Source: a bacterium | Lineage (GTDB): Bacteria; UBA8248 | DNA length: 64,000 nucleotides | Direction: 5' to 3' | Assembly: GCA_965207065.1 (NCBI GenBank) | Contig: OZ242260.1 | Location: 3,872,001 to 3,936,000, forward strand | Shown: piece after piece, positions 1 to 8,690 of the stretch | How positions within the stretch are numbered: the first letter of the stretch is position 1 | How the letters are laid out: each line of letters begins with the position of its first letter | Position numbers and translations under genes: made by a program | The notes under the pieces: model-generated | Database searches by the model: none | Told to the model about the DNA's origin: nothing | Seen by the model: the letters and a program-made list of their open reading frames with translations, nothing else

Positions 1-489
1 CTCCTCGAACTAAACACCCATCTCCACCCCAGAAGACTTCGAGTGGGCGCCAAAATTCTTATGCCGAAAGCGCCAAAAAATCTGGCGTCGGCTGAATTAA
101 ATGCAACATCATTAAATGCAAAATCGGCAAACGGGACCGCACCAGTTCCGAAGCTGCACGTTGTACAAGAAGGCGAAAATTTTTGGCTCGTCGCTGAGAA
201 ATACAATATCTCCACTAAAGAATTGGTGCAGATCAATGCCGGAATCGACCCGAAGCGCTTGCGCATCGGCATGCAAATTCATCTCCCTTCCCCAAAACAC
301 CTTATAAAGGTCGAAAAGAAAGAGAAAAAAGCTCCAGCGAAACCATTGCACCATCTTGTAAACCCAGGAGAGAATATTTCGCTCATCGCTGAACGATATG
401 GAGTTTCCACAGAATCTCTCCTCGCCTGGAATCGCCTGAGCGCCTCGGCCAAAATTTACCCTGGGGAAAAACTGATCGTTCGCCGCTAG
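1..489 (+). CDS. LysM-repeat protein, 5'-truncated by window edge (possibly C-terminus of a lytic transglycosylase)
   Basis: Frame open from base 1 (LLELNTHLHPRRLRVGAKILMP is the tail of a LysM); two more LysM repeats HVVQEGENFWLVAEKY..LRIGMQIHLP and HLVNPGENISLIAERY..IYPGEKLIV. Confidence 0.85.
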   Translation, partial: LLELNTHLHPRRLRVGAKILMPKAPKNLASAELNATSLNAKSANGTAPVPKLHVVQEGENFWLVAEKYNISTKELVQINAGIDPKRLRIGMQIHLPSPKHLIKVEKKEKKAPAKPLHHLVNPGENISLIAERYGVSTESLLAWNRLSASAKIYPGEKLIVRR

Positions 490-585
490 AATCGAAGGTT
501 TCTTGACACCTGCTTGACTGCTCTCCTAAGATTCAAAGTGAGTTGGAGTTGCCCGGCGATATTTCTCTTTTCAATAGAGAATACT

Positions 586-1359
586 ATGTTCAAGCGAGCT
601 ACACTCGACCTCATGACAATTGTTTTCTCCTTAGTCTGTGTGCTCCTCATTCTGAGTGGATGCGTCTCCCGTCCCAACCAGCAGGCATCGCCCGGAGAAT
701 TACTCGTCATCGGCGAAGAGGATATGCGCTCTGAGCGCTTCGAGGCGGCGCGCCTTGCGTTCAAACGCTTGCTGGAAGAATATCCCGACAGCAAACACCG
801 CCGAAGCGCACTGTTGAGATTGGGAGATTCATACTACCACGCGGAAGAATACATCGAATCGAAGCTACAATACGCTGAATACGTGCGTCTCTATCCAGTT
901 AGCGCTGGAACGCCGAAAGCATACTATTTTCTCGCGATGAGTGATTATCAAAGGAATCTCGACATTGACCAGGATGCAACTGTCGCTAGAGATGCGCTTG
1001 AAAACTTTCAGACTCTCGTGCGTCGCTTCCCCGGCTCGGAACACACGGCCGATGCAAAGCAGAAGATATTGGAGTTAAGAGAACATCTCGCCCAAAATGC
1101 ACTGTTCATCGCAAATTTTTACTTCAGGACAAATCTACAAGTCTCCGCGATTCCGCGCTACAGAGAAATTATTCGAGACTTTGATGATATTCCCCACGTG
1201 CGCGCTGAAGCCATGTTTAAGCTGGGGGAAAGCTACAGAATAGAAGAAAGCTTCAAGAAAGCAGGAGAAGCCTATGGCTTACTTTTAGAGTCGTATCCCG
1301 ATGACCAGTACGCTTCTCCTGCATATAACAGGCTTCTCGCGCTCACGAGCAAAAAATGA
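586..1359 (+). CDS. bamD: Outer membrane protein assembly factor BamD (TPR lipoprotein)
   Basis: Lipobox LILSGC; TPR helices; DQDAT..ALENFQTLVRRFPGSEH and LAQNALFIANFY motifs; start codon uncertain (514/586/613). Confidence 0.85.
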   Translation: MFKRATLDLMTIVFSLVCVLLILSGCVSRPNQQASPGELLVIGEEDMRSERFEAARLAFKRLLEEYPDSKHRRSALLRLGDSYYHAEEYIESKLQYAEYVRLYPVSAGTPKAYYFLAMSDYQRNLDIDQDATVARDALENFQTLVRRFPGSEHTADAKQKILELREHLAQNALFIANFYFRTNLQVSAIPRYREIIRDFDDIPHVRAEAMFKLGESYRIEESFKKAGEAYGLLLESYPDDQYASPAYNRLLALTSKK

Positions 1360-1410
1360 CTATCCGACCTGTTTTGTCCAAACAACCCGGCTACACTCGA
1401 GTAATTCTCG

Positions 1411-2385
1411 ATGACTGAGCCAAACGAAGGCGAGTCCGAAGACAGAACTTTGCCTGCCGGACCCGACGAGGCCCCGGATACAAAAGAAACGGATTCCTAC
1501 ACGAATGCACCCACGTATTCCGACTCCCCCGGTGATTCGGACGAAGACGCGCCCGCTTCTCCCGCCGTGGATACACTGTCCCTCTATCTCAGAAACATCG
1601 GCGCCCACCCCATCCTCAAGCGCGATGAAGAACACACGCTCGCCATTGCGGCTAGTGAAGGGGATGAAGAAGCTTTTAACATACTGGTTCGTTCGAATCT
1701 CAGATATGTCGTCACCGTGGCGAATCGCTACAAAGGCTTCGGGCTTTCACTCGAGGATTTGATAAATGAGGGGAACATCGGGTTGATCAATGCGATCAAA
1801 CGCTTCGACCCGGAACGCGGAGTAAAACTCATTACCTACGCCGTATGGTGGATTCGTCAAAGCATCATGCACGCTCTGGCGAATCAGAGGAGCACTGTAC
1901 GGCTGCCCGTTAAGCAGGCCGGTCTTCTGCATAAAATCTCCATCATGTTCGAGAAGCTCCGGCAGGAATTCAAGCGTGAACCAACAACATTTGAATTGTC
2001 CGAACGGTTGAACATAAAAGTGGCGGACATCGAGAAACTCATTCGCGCGAATCGGCAATATCTTTCCCTCGACGCCACTGTTTCTCCCGACGACGACACC
2101 AGCTACCTTGATTTACTCGAAGAGAAAAGCACCGCATCCGTGGAGGAAAATGTGGTGCAGCACTCTCTGGAAGAGGAGGTGGAGGACTTGCTTGCAGAAC
2201 TCGACCCCAGAGAGCGTGACATCATTCGTATGCGCTACGGCTTCGACGGAGAGGCGATGACGCTCGAAGAAATCGGAGGCAAACTCGGACTATCGCGCGA
2301 AAGAATCAGACAGATAGAAAAAAAAGTGATAAATCGCTTTCGCGCGGAAAGCAGCCACCAGACACTGCATGATTTTCTGAGTTGA
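1411..2385 (+). CDS. Sigma-70 family RNA polymerase sigma factor (RpoD/RpoS-like, no region 1.1)
   Basis: Region 2 DLINEGNIGLINAIKRFDPERGVKLITYAVWWIRQ; region 4 TLEEIGGKLGLSRERIRQIE. Confidence 0.92.
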   Translation: MTEPNEGESEDRTLPAGPDEAPDTKETDSYTNAPTYSDSPGDSDEDAPASPAVDTLSLYLRNIGAHPILKRDEEHTLAIAASEGDEEAFNILVRSNLRYVVTVANRYKGFGLSLEDLINEGNIGLINAIKRFDPERGVKLITYAVWWIRQSIMHALANQRSTVRLPVKQAGLLHKISIMFEKLRQEFKREPTTFELSERLNIKVADIEKLIRANRQYLSLDATVSPDDDTSYLDLLEEKSTASVEENVVQHSLEEEVEDLLAELDPRERDIIRMRYGFDGEAMTLEEIGGKLGLSRERIRQIEKKVINRFRAESSHQTLHDFLS

Positions 2386-2996
2386 CGATGTCCGAGGCGA
2401 AGCCACAAAAATCTGACGCTTCTCCCGCAGGCTGGCGAGAAGCGGCCTCGCGCCTCATCGCGAGTGGAACCGGAGAAAAATTCACGCTCGCGAACAGCCT
2501 CACTCTCGCTCGCATCCTGATGGTTCCAGTGCTCGTCATGTTCTTACTCCAAGGCTCGCCCCCCGCGCAATACTTCGCAGCCGGCCTATTCGTCATGGCG
2601 GCCTTCACGGACTGGCTCGATGGCCACTTGGCCAGAACGCGAGACCAGATTACCCCTCTGGGTGAAATTCTTGACCCCGTGGCCGACAAGCTGCTTATCG
2701 TCGCCGCTTTGATCCCCCTGGTATCGCTGGGCAAAGTGGACGCCTGGGTCGTGGGCATCCTGTTGGGTCGGGAGCTTCTGGTGACGGCTTTTCGAGCTGT
2801 GGCCTTGCGTCGTGGTCTGGTGATACCGGCGGGCTTTCTCGGCAAAATCAAGATGGGCCTGGAGGTGACAGCGATTTTTTTCCTGATTCTGAGTATATTC
2901 CCGCCCCTGGGCACAATTTTGATTTGGGCCGCCATGATAGCGGCAGTGGTTTCTGCGGTTGATTATTTTCGGCAAATCATTCGAGCCATCTCCTGA
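2382..2996 (+). CDS. pgsA: CDP-diacylglycerol--glycerol-3-phosphate 3-phosphatidyltransferase
   Basis: CDP-alcohol phosphotransferase motif DWLDGHLAR..TPLGEILDPVADK; multiple TM segments. Confidence 0.92.
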   Translation: MTMSEAKPQKSDASPAGWREAASRLIASGTGEKFTLANSLTLARILMVPVLVMFLLQGSPPAQYFAAGLFVMAAFTDWLDGHLARTRDQITPLGEILDPVADKLLIVAALIPLVSLGKVDAWVVGILLGRELLVTAFRAVALRRGLVIPAGFLGKIKMGLEVTAIFFLILSIFPPLGTILIWAAMIAAVVSAVDYFRQIIRAIS

Positions 2997-3601
2997 TGGG
3001 CGCGTTTTCCCTCGTGCTCCTTGTCGGTGGATTCCTGGGTGCCATACCCTTCGGGGTGGTGGTCACCCGATTGTTCGGCGCCGAGGACCCGCGTAAATCC
3101 GGAAGCGGCAACATCGGCGCGACAAACGTCTTGAGAACAAGTGGCTGGAAAAGCGGTGTTCTCACCCTTCTGCTCGATGTGCTGAAAGGCGTTGCAGCCA
3201 TCCTTTTCGCCCGTTATGTGGCCTCGCGCGTCTCCGCCCCCGCTCTGGAGCCCACTGCCGCTCTTGCGGCGGTGCTCGGACACATGTATTCGCCGTTCAC
3301 GGGGTTTCGCGGGGGCAAGGGCGTGGCCACAGGGCTGGGCGTGTTCGCCCTCCTGACCCCGGGGCCAACGGCCCTCGCCGCGCTGGTATTCATACTCGTG
3401 GTGACCGTGACGCGCTACGTCTCTCTCGGCTCCATGTTCGCCGCGGCGACGGTGCCGCTCGCGAGCTTTTGGATGACCTACCCCACAGTGGTATGCGCCT
3501 CATCCGCCCTGATCTCCCTGTCGGTGATTTGGAAACATCAAGACAACATCGGACGATTGATGCGAGGCGAGGAAAATCGCATCGGGCAGAAAAAGGGGTA
3601 A
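2996..3601 (+). CDS. plsY: Glycerol-3-phosphate acyltransferase PlsY
   Basis: GSGNIGATNVLR, GH..SPF..FRGGKGVAT, YVSLGS, HQDNIGRL..GEE motifs. Confidence 0.95.
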   Translation: MGAFSLVLLVGGFLGAIPFGVVVTRLFGAEDPRKSGSGNIGATNVLRTSGWKSGVLTLLLDVLKGVAAILFARYVASRVSAPALEPTAALAAVLGHMYSPFTGFRGGKGVATGLGVFALLTPGPTALAALVFILVVTVTRYVSLGSMFAAATVPLASFWMTYPTVVCASSALISLSVIWKHQDNIGRLMRGEENRIGQKKG

Positions 3602-3659
3602 TGCTGAACTTAGATTTCGGATAGCCGAAAATTATATTTATCAAGCAATTGGAGGAAAC

Positions 3660-4025
3660 ATGCTCACCGGTTGCTCCCCGGTTTTTCTTCTCGTCATTCT
3701 AGGCGTGGGAATCGGGAGTTGGATGTTTGGAAATCACACTGCCGCCCGAATCACTGGGATATTGGCGATAACCGTCTTTCTCGCCTATTTCGCTCTTTTG
3801 AACTGGACGGCGCAAAACCGCCAGAAACAAGAATCAGGCACTCAGCGGGAAAAGGATTTATATCAGGAAATCACGGGCCCGCACGATGATGGGACGCGCA
3901 GGGAACCATTCACCGAAGAAGACAGGGCGGAGTGGCGGAACTACCTCAAAACAGAAGGGAAGATCCTCTGGTTCGGGGTGGCGGGACTTCTCCTGGCCCT
4001 TCTCTATCTGACACTGAAAAACTGA
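3660..4025 (+). CDS. Hypothetical membrane protein
   Basis: GGAGG SD before ATG; three hydrophobic segments; no recognised family. Confidence 0.6.
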   Translation: MLTGCSPVFLLVILGVGIGSWMFGNHTAARITGILAITVFLAYFALLNWTAQNRQKQESGTQREKDLYQEITGPHDDGTRREPFTEEDRAEWRNYLKTEGKILWFGVAGLLLALLYLTLKN

Positions 4026-5116
4026 ATCACCGTATCCGCCACATAATCGAGGTCCTCACCCGTCAATTCCGGATAGACGGGAAGCGACAAGACCTGGGCC
4101 GCTGCGGCTTCGCTCTCAGGAAAATCCCCTTGTCGATAGCTATCGAAGCAAGGATGGAGATGCAAGGGAGAAGGATAATACACGGCGCAACCCACTTCGT
4201 TTCGCAACAGGTATTCCTGCAGCGCGTCGCGCTCGGGTGTGCGAACCGCGTATTGGTGAAACACATGGCCCTCATCCGGGAACGAGGGCGGAGCGAACCG
4301 CTCCCCGATAATCCCGCCCGCCTCGAACCTTTCATGATATTTTCGGGCGTTTTCCCGCCTCTTTGCGCTCCACTCCTCCAGGCGATTTAGTTTGACGGAC
4401 AAAAACGCCGCCTGCATCGTATCCATTCTGAAATTCCCGCCTACTTCCAGATACTCGGAATTATCAGGCGAACCGTGAATCCTGAGCTTGCGCATGCGCT
4501 CGGCCAGCGCGTCGCTTTTGGTTAATACCATACCGGCGTCGCCAAGCGCGCTCAGGTTTTTCGTGGGATAAAACGACAGACAGCCCGCATCCCCGATGGC
4601 GCCGGCCACGCCCTGACTCATCCGCGCGCCGACGGCCTGGGCGGCGTCCTCAACTACATAAAGCTGGTGACGCTCGGCGATTTCGAGAATCTCCGCCATC
4701 GGAGCGCAGCGACCGTACATGTGAACTGGTATGATCCCTTTCGTATTCGGCGTGATGGCCTCTTCAAGCCGCCCCGATGCGAGATTGAACGTGTCGGGGT
4801 CGATATCCACGAACACCGGCTTCGCGCCCAGGCGATGGATGACGCCAGCGGTGGCAAAAAACGTGAACGCCGATGTGATGATTTCATCGCCCGGGCGTAC
4901 ATCGTTCGCCATCAGCGCCAACAGCAGAGCGTCCGTGCCCGAGGAGACGGCGATGGCGTGCTCCGCCCCGCAATAGGACGCCATTTCGGACTCGAAAGCG
5001 CTGATCTCCTCGCCCATGACGAACCTCTGGTGGGTCATCACGTTTTCGACAGCCGCCAAAAACTGCGCTTTCAGCGGCCCATTTTGAGCTTTCAAGTCAT
5101 AAAGGGGTACGCGCAT
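4004..5116 (-). CDS. DegT/DnrJ/EryC1/StrS family PLP sugar aminotransferase
   Basis: SSGTDAL, EDAAQAVGA, SFYPTKNLSALGDAG (PLP lysine). Confidence 0.93.
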   Translation of the reverse strand: MRVPLYDLKAQNGPLKAQFLAAVENVMTHQRFVMGEEISAFESEMASYCGAEHAIAVSSGTDALLLALMANDVRPGDEIITSAFTFFATAGVIHRLGAKPVFVDIDPDTFNLASGRLEEAITPNTKGIIPVHMYGRCAPMAEILEIAERHQLYVVEDAAQAVGARMSQGVAGAIGDAGCLSFYPTKNLSALGDAGMVLTKSDALAERMRKLRIHGSPDNSEYLEVGGNFRMDTMQAAFLSVKLNRLEEWSAKRRENARKYHERFEAGGIIGERFAPPSFPDEGHVFHQYAVRTPERDALQEYLLRNEVGCAVYYPSPLHLHPCFDSYRQGDFPESEAAAAQVLSLPVYPELTGEDLDYVADTVIQFFSVR

Positions 5117-5163
5117 GGAGACTTTCTTGTCCTATCGAAAATCCTCTTGGACGAAACACAAGT

Positions 5164-5186
5164 TGGTGCCGGAGGCCGGTTTCGAA
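5164..5186 (-). repeat. Distal att site: displaced 3' end of tRNA-Leu including CCA
   Basis: 5167-5179 tgccggaggccgg is identical to 15660-15672; after 2 mismatches tcgaa matches again; minus strand reads ..CCGGCCTCCGGCACCA. Confidence 0.9.
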
Positions 5187-5294
5187 TATGCCAGCTAAGG
5201 CATTGTATTTATTAATCTTGCAATTTCAAAACTTTCACTTAACCCACGATTTACACCACAAGATTATCATATTTCTCGCTTCTGTTGTGAAATC

Positions 5295-5765
5295 TTATAC
5301 CAAATTCCAAATACCCAAAATAGCACCAACAATGAAAGATAAAAGTCCTAAACCACCTGATACATTTTCCCAACATATCCAATTATTATGGCGTTCATTT
5401 AAATTTCCACACTCTTCATCAAATTTAACTCTACTGATTCTGTCCGCAGAATAATCTTGGGTAAGTTTATTGTGTTTTCTACTTAAGTCCATAAATCGCA
5501 AATACACACTACCATTGATCATAACAGCAAGAACAAGACCTAGGCAAAAACAGGCCATTGGTGGCCAAAGCCAAGCGTCATTATGAGGCTTCGCGGCAGT
5601 TAATACTGCCACTAGGGCACCGCCGTTCATAAAAACAAGATGGCGAATATACATGTATCCTGAAGATATTTCAGCATCAACAATCTTGGATGAGATACTT
5701 TCCGCAACCTCTACAAACTTTCTTTGGTATTCTTCTGGACTTTCAGAAAACCTGTGCTCATCCAT
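5295..5765 (-). CDS. AT-rich membrane cargo protein of unknown function
   Basis: 156 aa, about three TM segments (MNGGALVAVLT.., PPMACFCLGLVLAV.., GGLGLLSFIVGAILG); visibly more AT-rich than the rest of the element. Confidence 0.7.
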   Translation of the reverse strand: MDEHRFSESPEEYQRKFVEVAESISSKIVDAEISSGYMYIRHLVFMNGGALVAVLTAAKPHNDAWLWPPMACFCLGLVLAVMINGSVYLRFMDLSRKHNKLTQDYSADRISRVKFDEECGNLNERHNNWICWENVSGGLGLLSFIVGAILGIWNLV

Positions 5766-5895
5766 AGTCCAAACGCTCCCCTATTTTCAGTCGCCTACCC
5801 TCTCCTTTTAGGCCCTTTTTTTCCGGGGGGGAGTATACACCTTTCGGGAAAGGTTTTCTCGCGTCTTACGCCGTCTCTGCGAGCGTGGCGGCGGC

Positions 5896-6444
5896 CTAGC
5901 TTTCGGCGTCGACTTGGAATGAATCCCCGGCAAGGTCGACGGGAACGCGCTCCATTCGACCCACGGCCTGAACGTCTGGCTGTAGATATGCAATATCGAG
6001 GTCGATTGCGACCCGCTCCTCATATTCATCGTCCGGGATGATCGCGGAAACGTCTCGAACGACTAGCGGATTTCGCACCCGGAAGCGAGCGCCGCCGAAC
6101 GTCCCTTGAATCTCCGCGTCGTTCCTGTCGGCTTCGAGTCGGCCAAGGGGAGACTGCGACCACTTCACGAAGCGCTCCGCCGCCGACTGCGCTCCCGACC
6201 GGTAGAACTGGACGCTGTAGGTCGCAAAGTGAGTCGCCTGCACCGATACCCCTACCTGCCCGTCATCCGCGTCGAAGTAATGCTCTGACGCCTGTCCTGC
6301 TGTTGAATCGGTTATCAGAGTTACGGACGCGAACAACCCAGAGGGGAGCGGCGCGGATTCGTTTCCCGGAATGACGAGGGTCGTGTCGATGCCCGACCCC
6401 TTGGCGACGTAAGTGCGGAGCCTGCGTTCAAGGTTGATGTTCAT
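5896..6444 (-). CDS. Putative phage neck/tail-terminator (tail completion) protein
   Basis: Pattern VIPGNESAPLP..YSVQFY..A..AA..YEERVAIDLDIAY resembles neck terminator proteins; last gene of the overlapping structural operon. Confidence 0.6.
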   Translation of the reverse strand: MNINLERRLRTYVAKGSGIDTTLVIPGNESAPLPSGLFASVTLITDSTAGQASEHYFDADDGQVGVSVQATHFATYSVQFYRSGAQSAAERFVKWSQSPLGRLEADRNDAEIQGTFGGARFRVRNPLVVRDVSAIIPDDEYEERVAIDLDIAYLQPDVQAVGRMERVPVDLAGDSFQVDAES

Positions 6445-6947
6445 GCTCGACTTTCCTCAAGCATTTTCTTGCGCAAGTAACAGACCCGCGTCCGCGTTGC
6501 ATTGAACGTCCTACGACCGGAGAAGTGCTTTTGCCACACGTCCGGCCAGGTGCCCGGCGGAACTTTCGGAAACTCGATATGCGCAGCAAGGATTTCATCT
6601 TCCCATTCCTGCCAGTGTCCATCCTCCTCGGCGCTGCCCAGAAAATCGACATCCAACGTCCTAAGCCGTTCCAGTAGAGAAGCTTTGGAGCGACCCAAGG
6701 TAAACGCGAGCGCATCTAGTTCAGATAAGGCTTCATAGTGCTTATGGATAGGCACTGCCTTGCAAGCGAGGAGCGCCGCGTCTTCCTCGGCAGTCCAATC
6801 TTTTCTCGTGGTCTTTGGGTTTTCGATTCCAACCTTTGAGAAACCGTTCCGGCGATATCGGCTGTAGTGCTTATGGCAGAGGCCCCGAGCCGTTTTCACG
6901 CCCCCGCAGCCCTCGATCTCGCAAACCCGGTTGATGATGACCATCAC
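6441..6947 (-). CDS. Zn-finger (C-x4-C-x9-C-x2-H) plus two Myb/SANT-like repeats; putative DNA-binding protein
   Basis: CEIEGC..ARGLCHKHY; WTAEEDAALL..LGRSKASLLERLRTL; WQEWEDEIL..FSGRRTFNATRTR; 4-nt overlaps with both neighbours. Confidence 0.65.
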   Translation of the reverse strand: MMVIINRVCEIEGCGGVKTARGLCHKHYSRYRRNGFSKVGIENPKTTRKDWTAEEDAALLACKAVPIHKHYEALSELDALAFTLGRSKASLLERLRTLDVDFLGSAEEDGHWQEWEDEILAAHIEFPKVPPGTWPDVWQKHFSGRRTFNATRTRVCYLRKKMLEESRA

Positions 6948-8020
6948 GCCGCCTCATCGCCAATGCCTACAGCGGCCATTGCGACGCCGATATCAACACC
7001 CGCCTTGACGAGTTTGTCCACCACTTGGGCGCGGCTCACCATGTCCATGGCGTAGGTATCAAATTTCAGCCGGACTTCGGTTTCCAGCTTCAAGCTGAGT
7101 TCGTTTTCGAGCGCCTTTGCCAAAGGCATGACGACGTTCATATGCCAGCGGCGAACTGCTTCTCTTTGTCCGGTTCCGTCGGCATCGACAAAGAGGCTGG
7201 GAGGGCAACCGCATGCCGCCAGCGTGGCATCGAATGCGCCCTTCCGGATCGCTTCCATCACTTCGGGAGGCGAAGGCCCCAACCGATTAAAAGCCCAGCT
7301 TTTCGCGTCTCGCCCTTCGCCCATTGCGCTGGCGAGATTTTCTAACAAGATGGATTTTCCTCTGGCCCTGCCGATATCAGCCCGGAGAAGCACAAGTGGA
7401 TCGACGGCTTCACCCTCTTTGCCCGACGCGGCGCTCTGCGGCGGAATGACTGACACTTGAGCAAGGGGGCCGGAGACCTCATCCGCTAGGCTCCGTTCGG
7501 TTTCAGATTGCAGTCTCGCAGTCATGGCCGCCCATGACAGAGGCCCCACGCCAACATATCGCTGGCCGGGTGTGCTGCCCCATTTCACGAACACCACGCC
7601 GCTAAAAGGCAGGTGCTTGGTAACGGAAGATGACGGCCCGAACATAGTCGCCCGAACTCGCCACCGATCCGGATGAGGATCACCGTCGTCTTCAAAGTGC
7701 CAACTCGAAACCGGGAGGAGCGAAGCGCTGCCTGCGTGGTCTATGCCGATGTAGTGCATGGATGAACCGCGCCGGATGAGGTCTCTCCCGACCTGCGCGA
7801 GAAACTCCGGGGAGACGGCGTCTCTCGCCCAGCCCAGCCCCTGCACTTCGGCGGATGCGAACGCCCGAGAGAGCGCACCGCTGGCCGCCTCCACCGCCGC
7901 TGTAGACGAAGCGTCCGCCGCCGTGCCAGCCGCCTGCGCTTCGATGAGGCGAACCACGGCGGCGCTGAAATCTCCGCCTGATTCGCGCCTTTCCAGTTTT
8001 CCAAAAGGCCACCACTTCAT
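6944..8020 (-). CDS. Phage portal protein (divergent HK97-like)
   Basis: ATG at 8020 overlaps upstream TAA; N-terminal WWPFGKLERR; DLIRRGSS, GVGPL, ACGCPPSLF, VMPLAKALENELSLKL resemble portal motifs; context. Confidence 0.75.
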   Translation of the reverse strand: MKWWPFGKLERRESGGDFSAAVVRLIEAQAAGTAADASSTAAVEAASGALSRAFASAEVQGLGWARDAVSPEFLAQVGRDLIRRGSSMHYIGIDHAGSASLLPVSSWHFEDDGDPHPDRWRVRATMFGPSSSVTKHLPFSGVVFVKWGSTPGQRYVGVGPLSWAAMTARLQSETERSLADEVSGPLAQVSVIPPQSAASGKEGEAVDPLVLLRADIGRARGKSILLENLASAMGEGRDAKSWAFNRLGPSPPEVMEAIRKGAFDATLAACGCPPSLFVDADGTGQREAVRRWHMNVVMPLAKALENELSLKLETEVRLKFDTYAMDMVSRAQVVDKLVKAGVDIGVAMAAVGIGDEAA

Positions 8021-8376
8021 TAGGTGCTCCTCACAATGACGGCCTTGGTGTGAGAGCCGTTCCATGACTCGCTAGACTCTACCGAATACTCCACGTCATC
8101 GACGCGAACGCGATCCCCTCCAGCGTCGTCATGGGCCGCTTCAAGCACGTCCGCTTCCGGAATGTAGACTTTCCTTCGATGAATGAGCCGGGAGCCTTCG
8201 AGGAGATCAATATCCATGAGCTTGAGCGGCTGGACGCTGGCGAAATACTTCTTTTCCTCTACCGCTCCGGGTTGCCATTCGCCGAATTGATTTCTCTCAC
8301 CCGGCGCTTCGCGCAGCCGTGTGATGATGTCGGGGAAGCGTCTCATCCGATAGTTCCCGCGCGGTAGACGCGCCAA
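8020..8376 (-). CDS. Head-tail adaptor / head closure protein
   Basis: Small beta-rich protein (RNQFGEW..ASVQPL..GDRVRVDDVEYSV); follows the connector; true start may be the downstream ATG (MRRFPD). Confidence 0.65.
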   Translation of the reverse strand: MARLPRGNYRMRRFPDIITRLREAPGERNQFGEWQPGAVEEKKYFASVQPLKLMDIDLLEGSRLIHRRKVYIPEADVLEAAHDDAGGDRVRVDDVEYSVESSESWNGSHTKAVIVRST

Positions 8377-8690
8377 GGTGCGAGAAGGCTCATCGCGCCG
8401 CTGGCCTTGAGCGCGTTCGTGTTCGTGGTGGCGTAGGCGGTTTCAATGTCGCCGGTCTTCTCACTTCGGATGCTGGGCGAAGGTTGATCTTTGAGCCATC
8501 CCGCGCATCGTATTATTGCTTCGTTGCGAATTTCGAGCGGGGCGTCCGGGGCGTATTTCACAACAAGGCCATAGGCCACCGGGAGGAGGCGCTCGACGAG
8601 AGCCGCGTCGGTTATCTTCAAGGCCTCCGCCAGTTTCTCCGCCGTGATCCCGATGACGGCTTGGGGCGGATCGCCGAAACTCACAGCCAT
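8343..8690 (-). CDS. Head-tail connector protein (HK97 gp6 / SPP1 gp15-like)
   Basis: 115 aa helical protein with AP..IRNEAII..AGWL and C-terminal SLLAPWRV typical of gp6-like connectors. Confidence 0.7.
   Translation of the reverse strand: MAVSFGDPPQAVIGITAEKLAEALKITDAALVERLLPVAYGLVVKYAPDAPLEIRNEAIIRCAGWLKDQPSPSIRSEKTGDIETAYATTNTNALKASGAMSLLAPWRVYRAGTIG

Noticed and set aside
5808-6029. 73-aa minus-strand ORF at the end of the structural operon
   Set aside because: Overlaps the terminator-like gene in another frame; low-complexity basic sequence without motifs.
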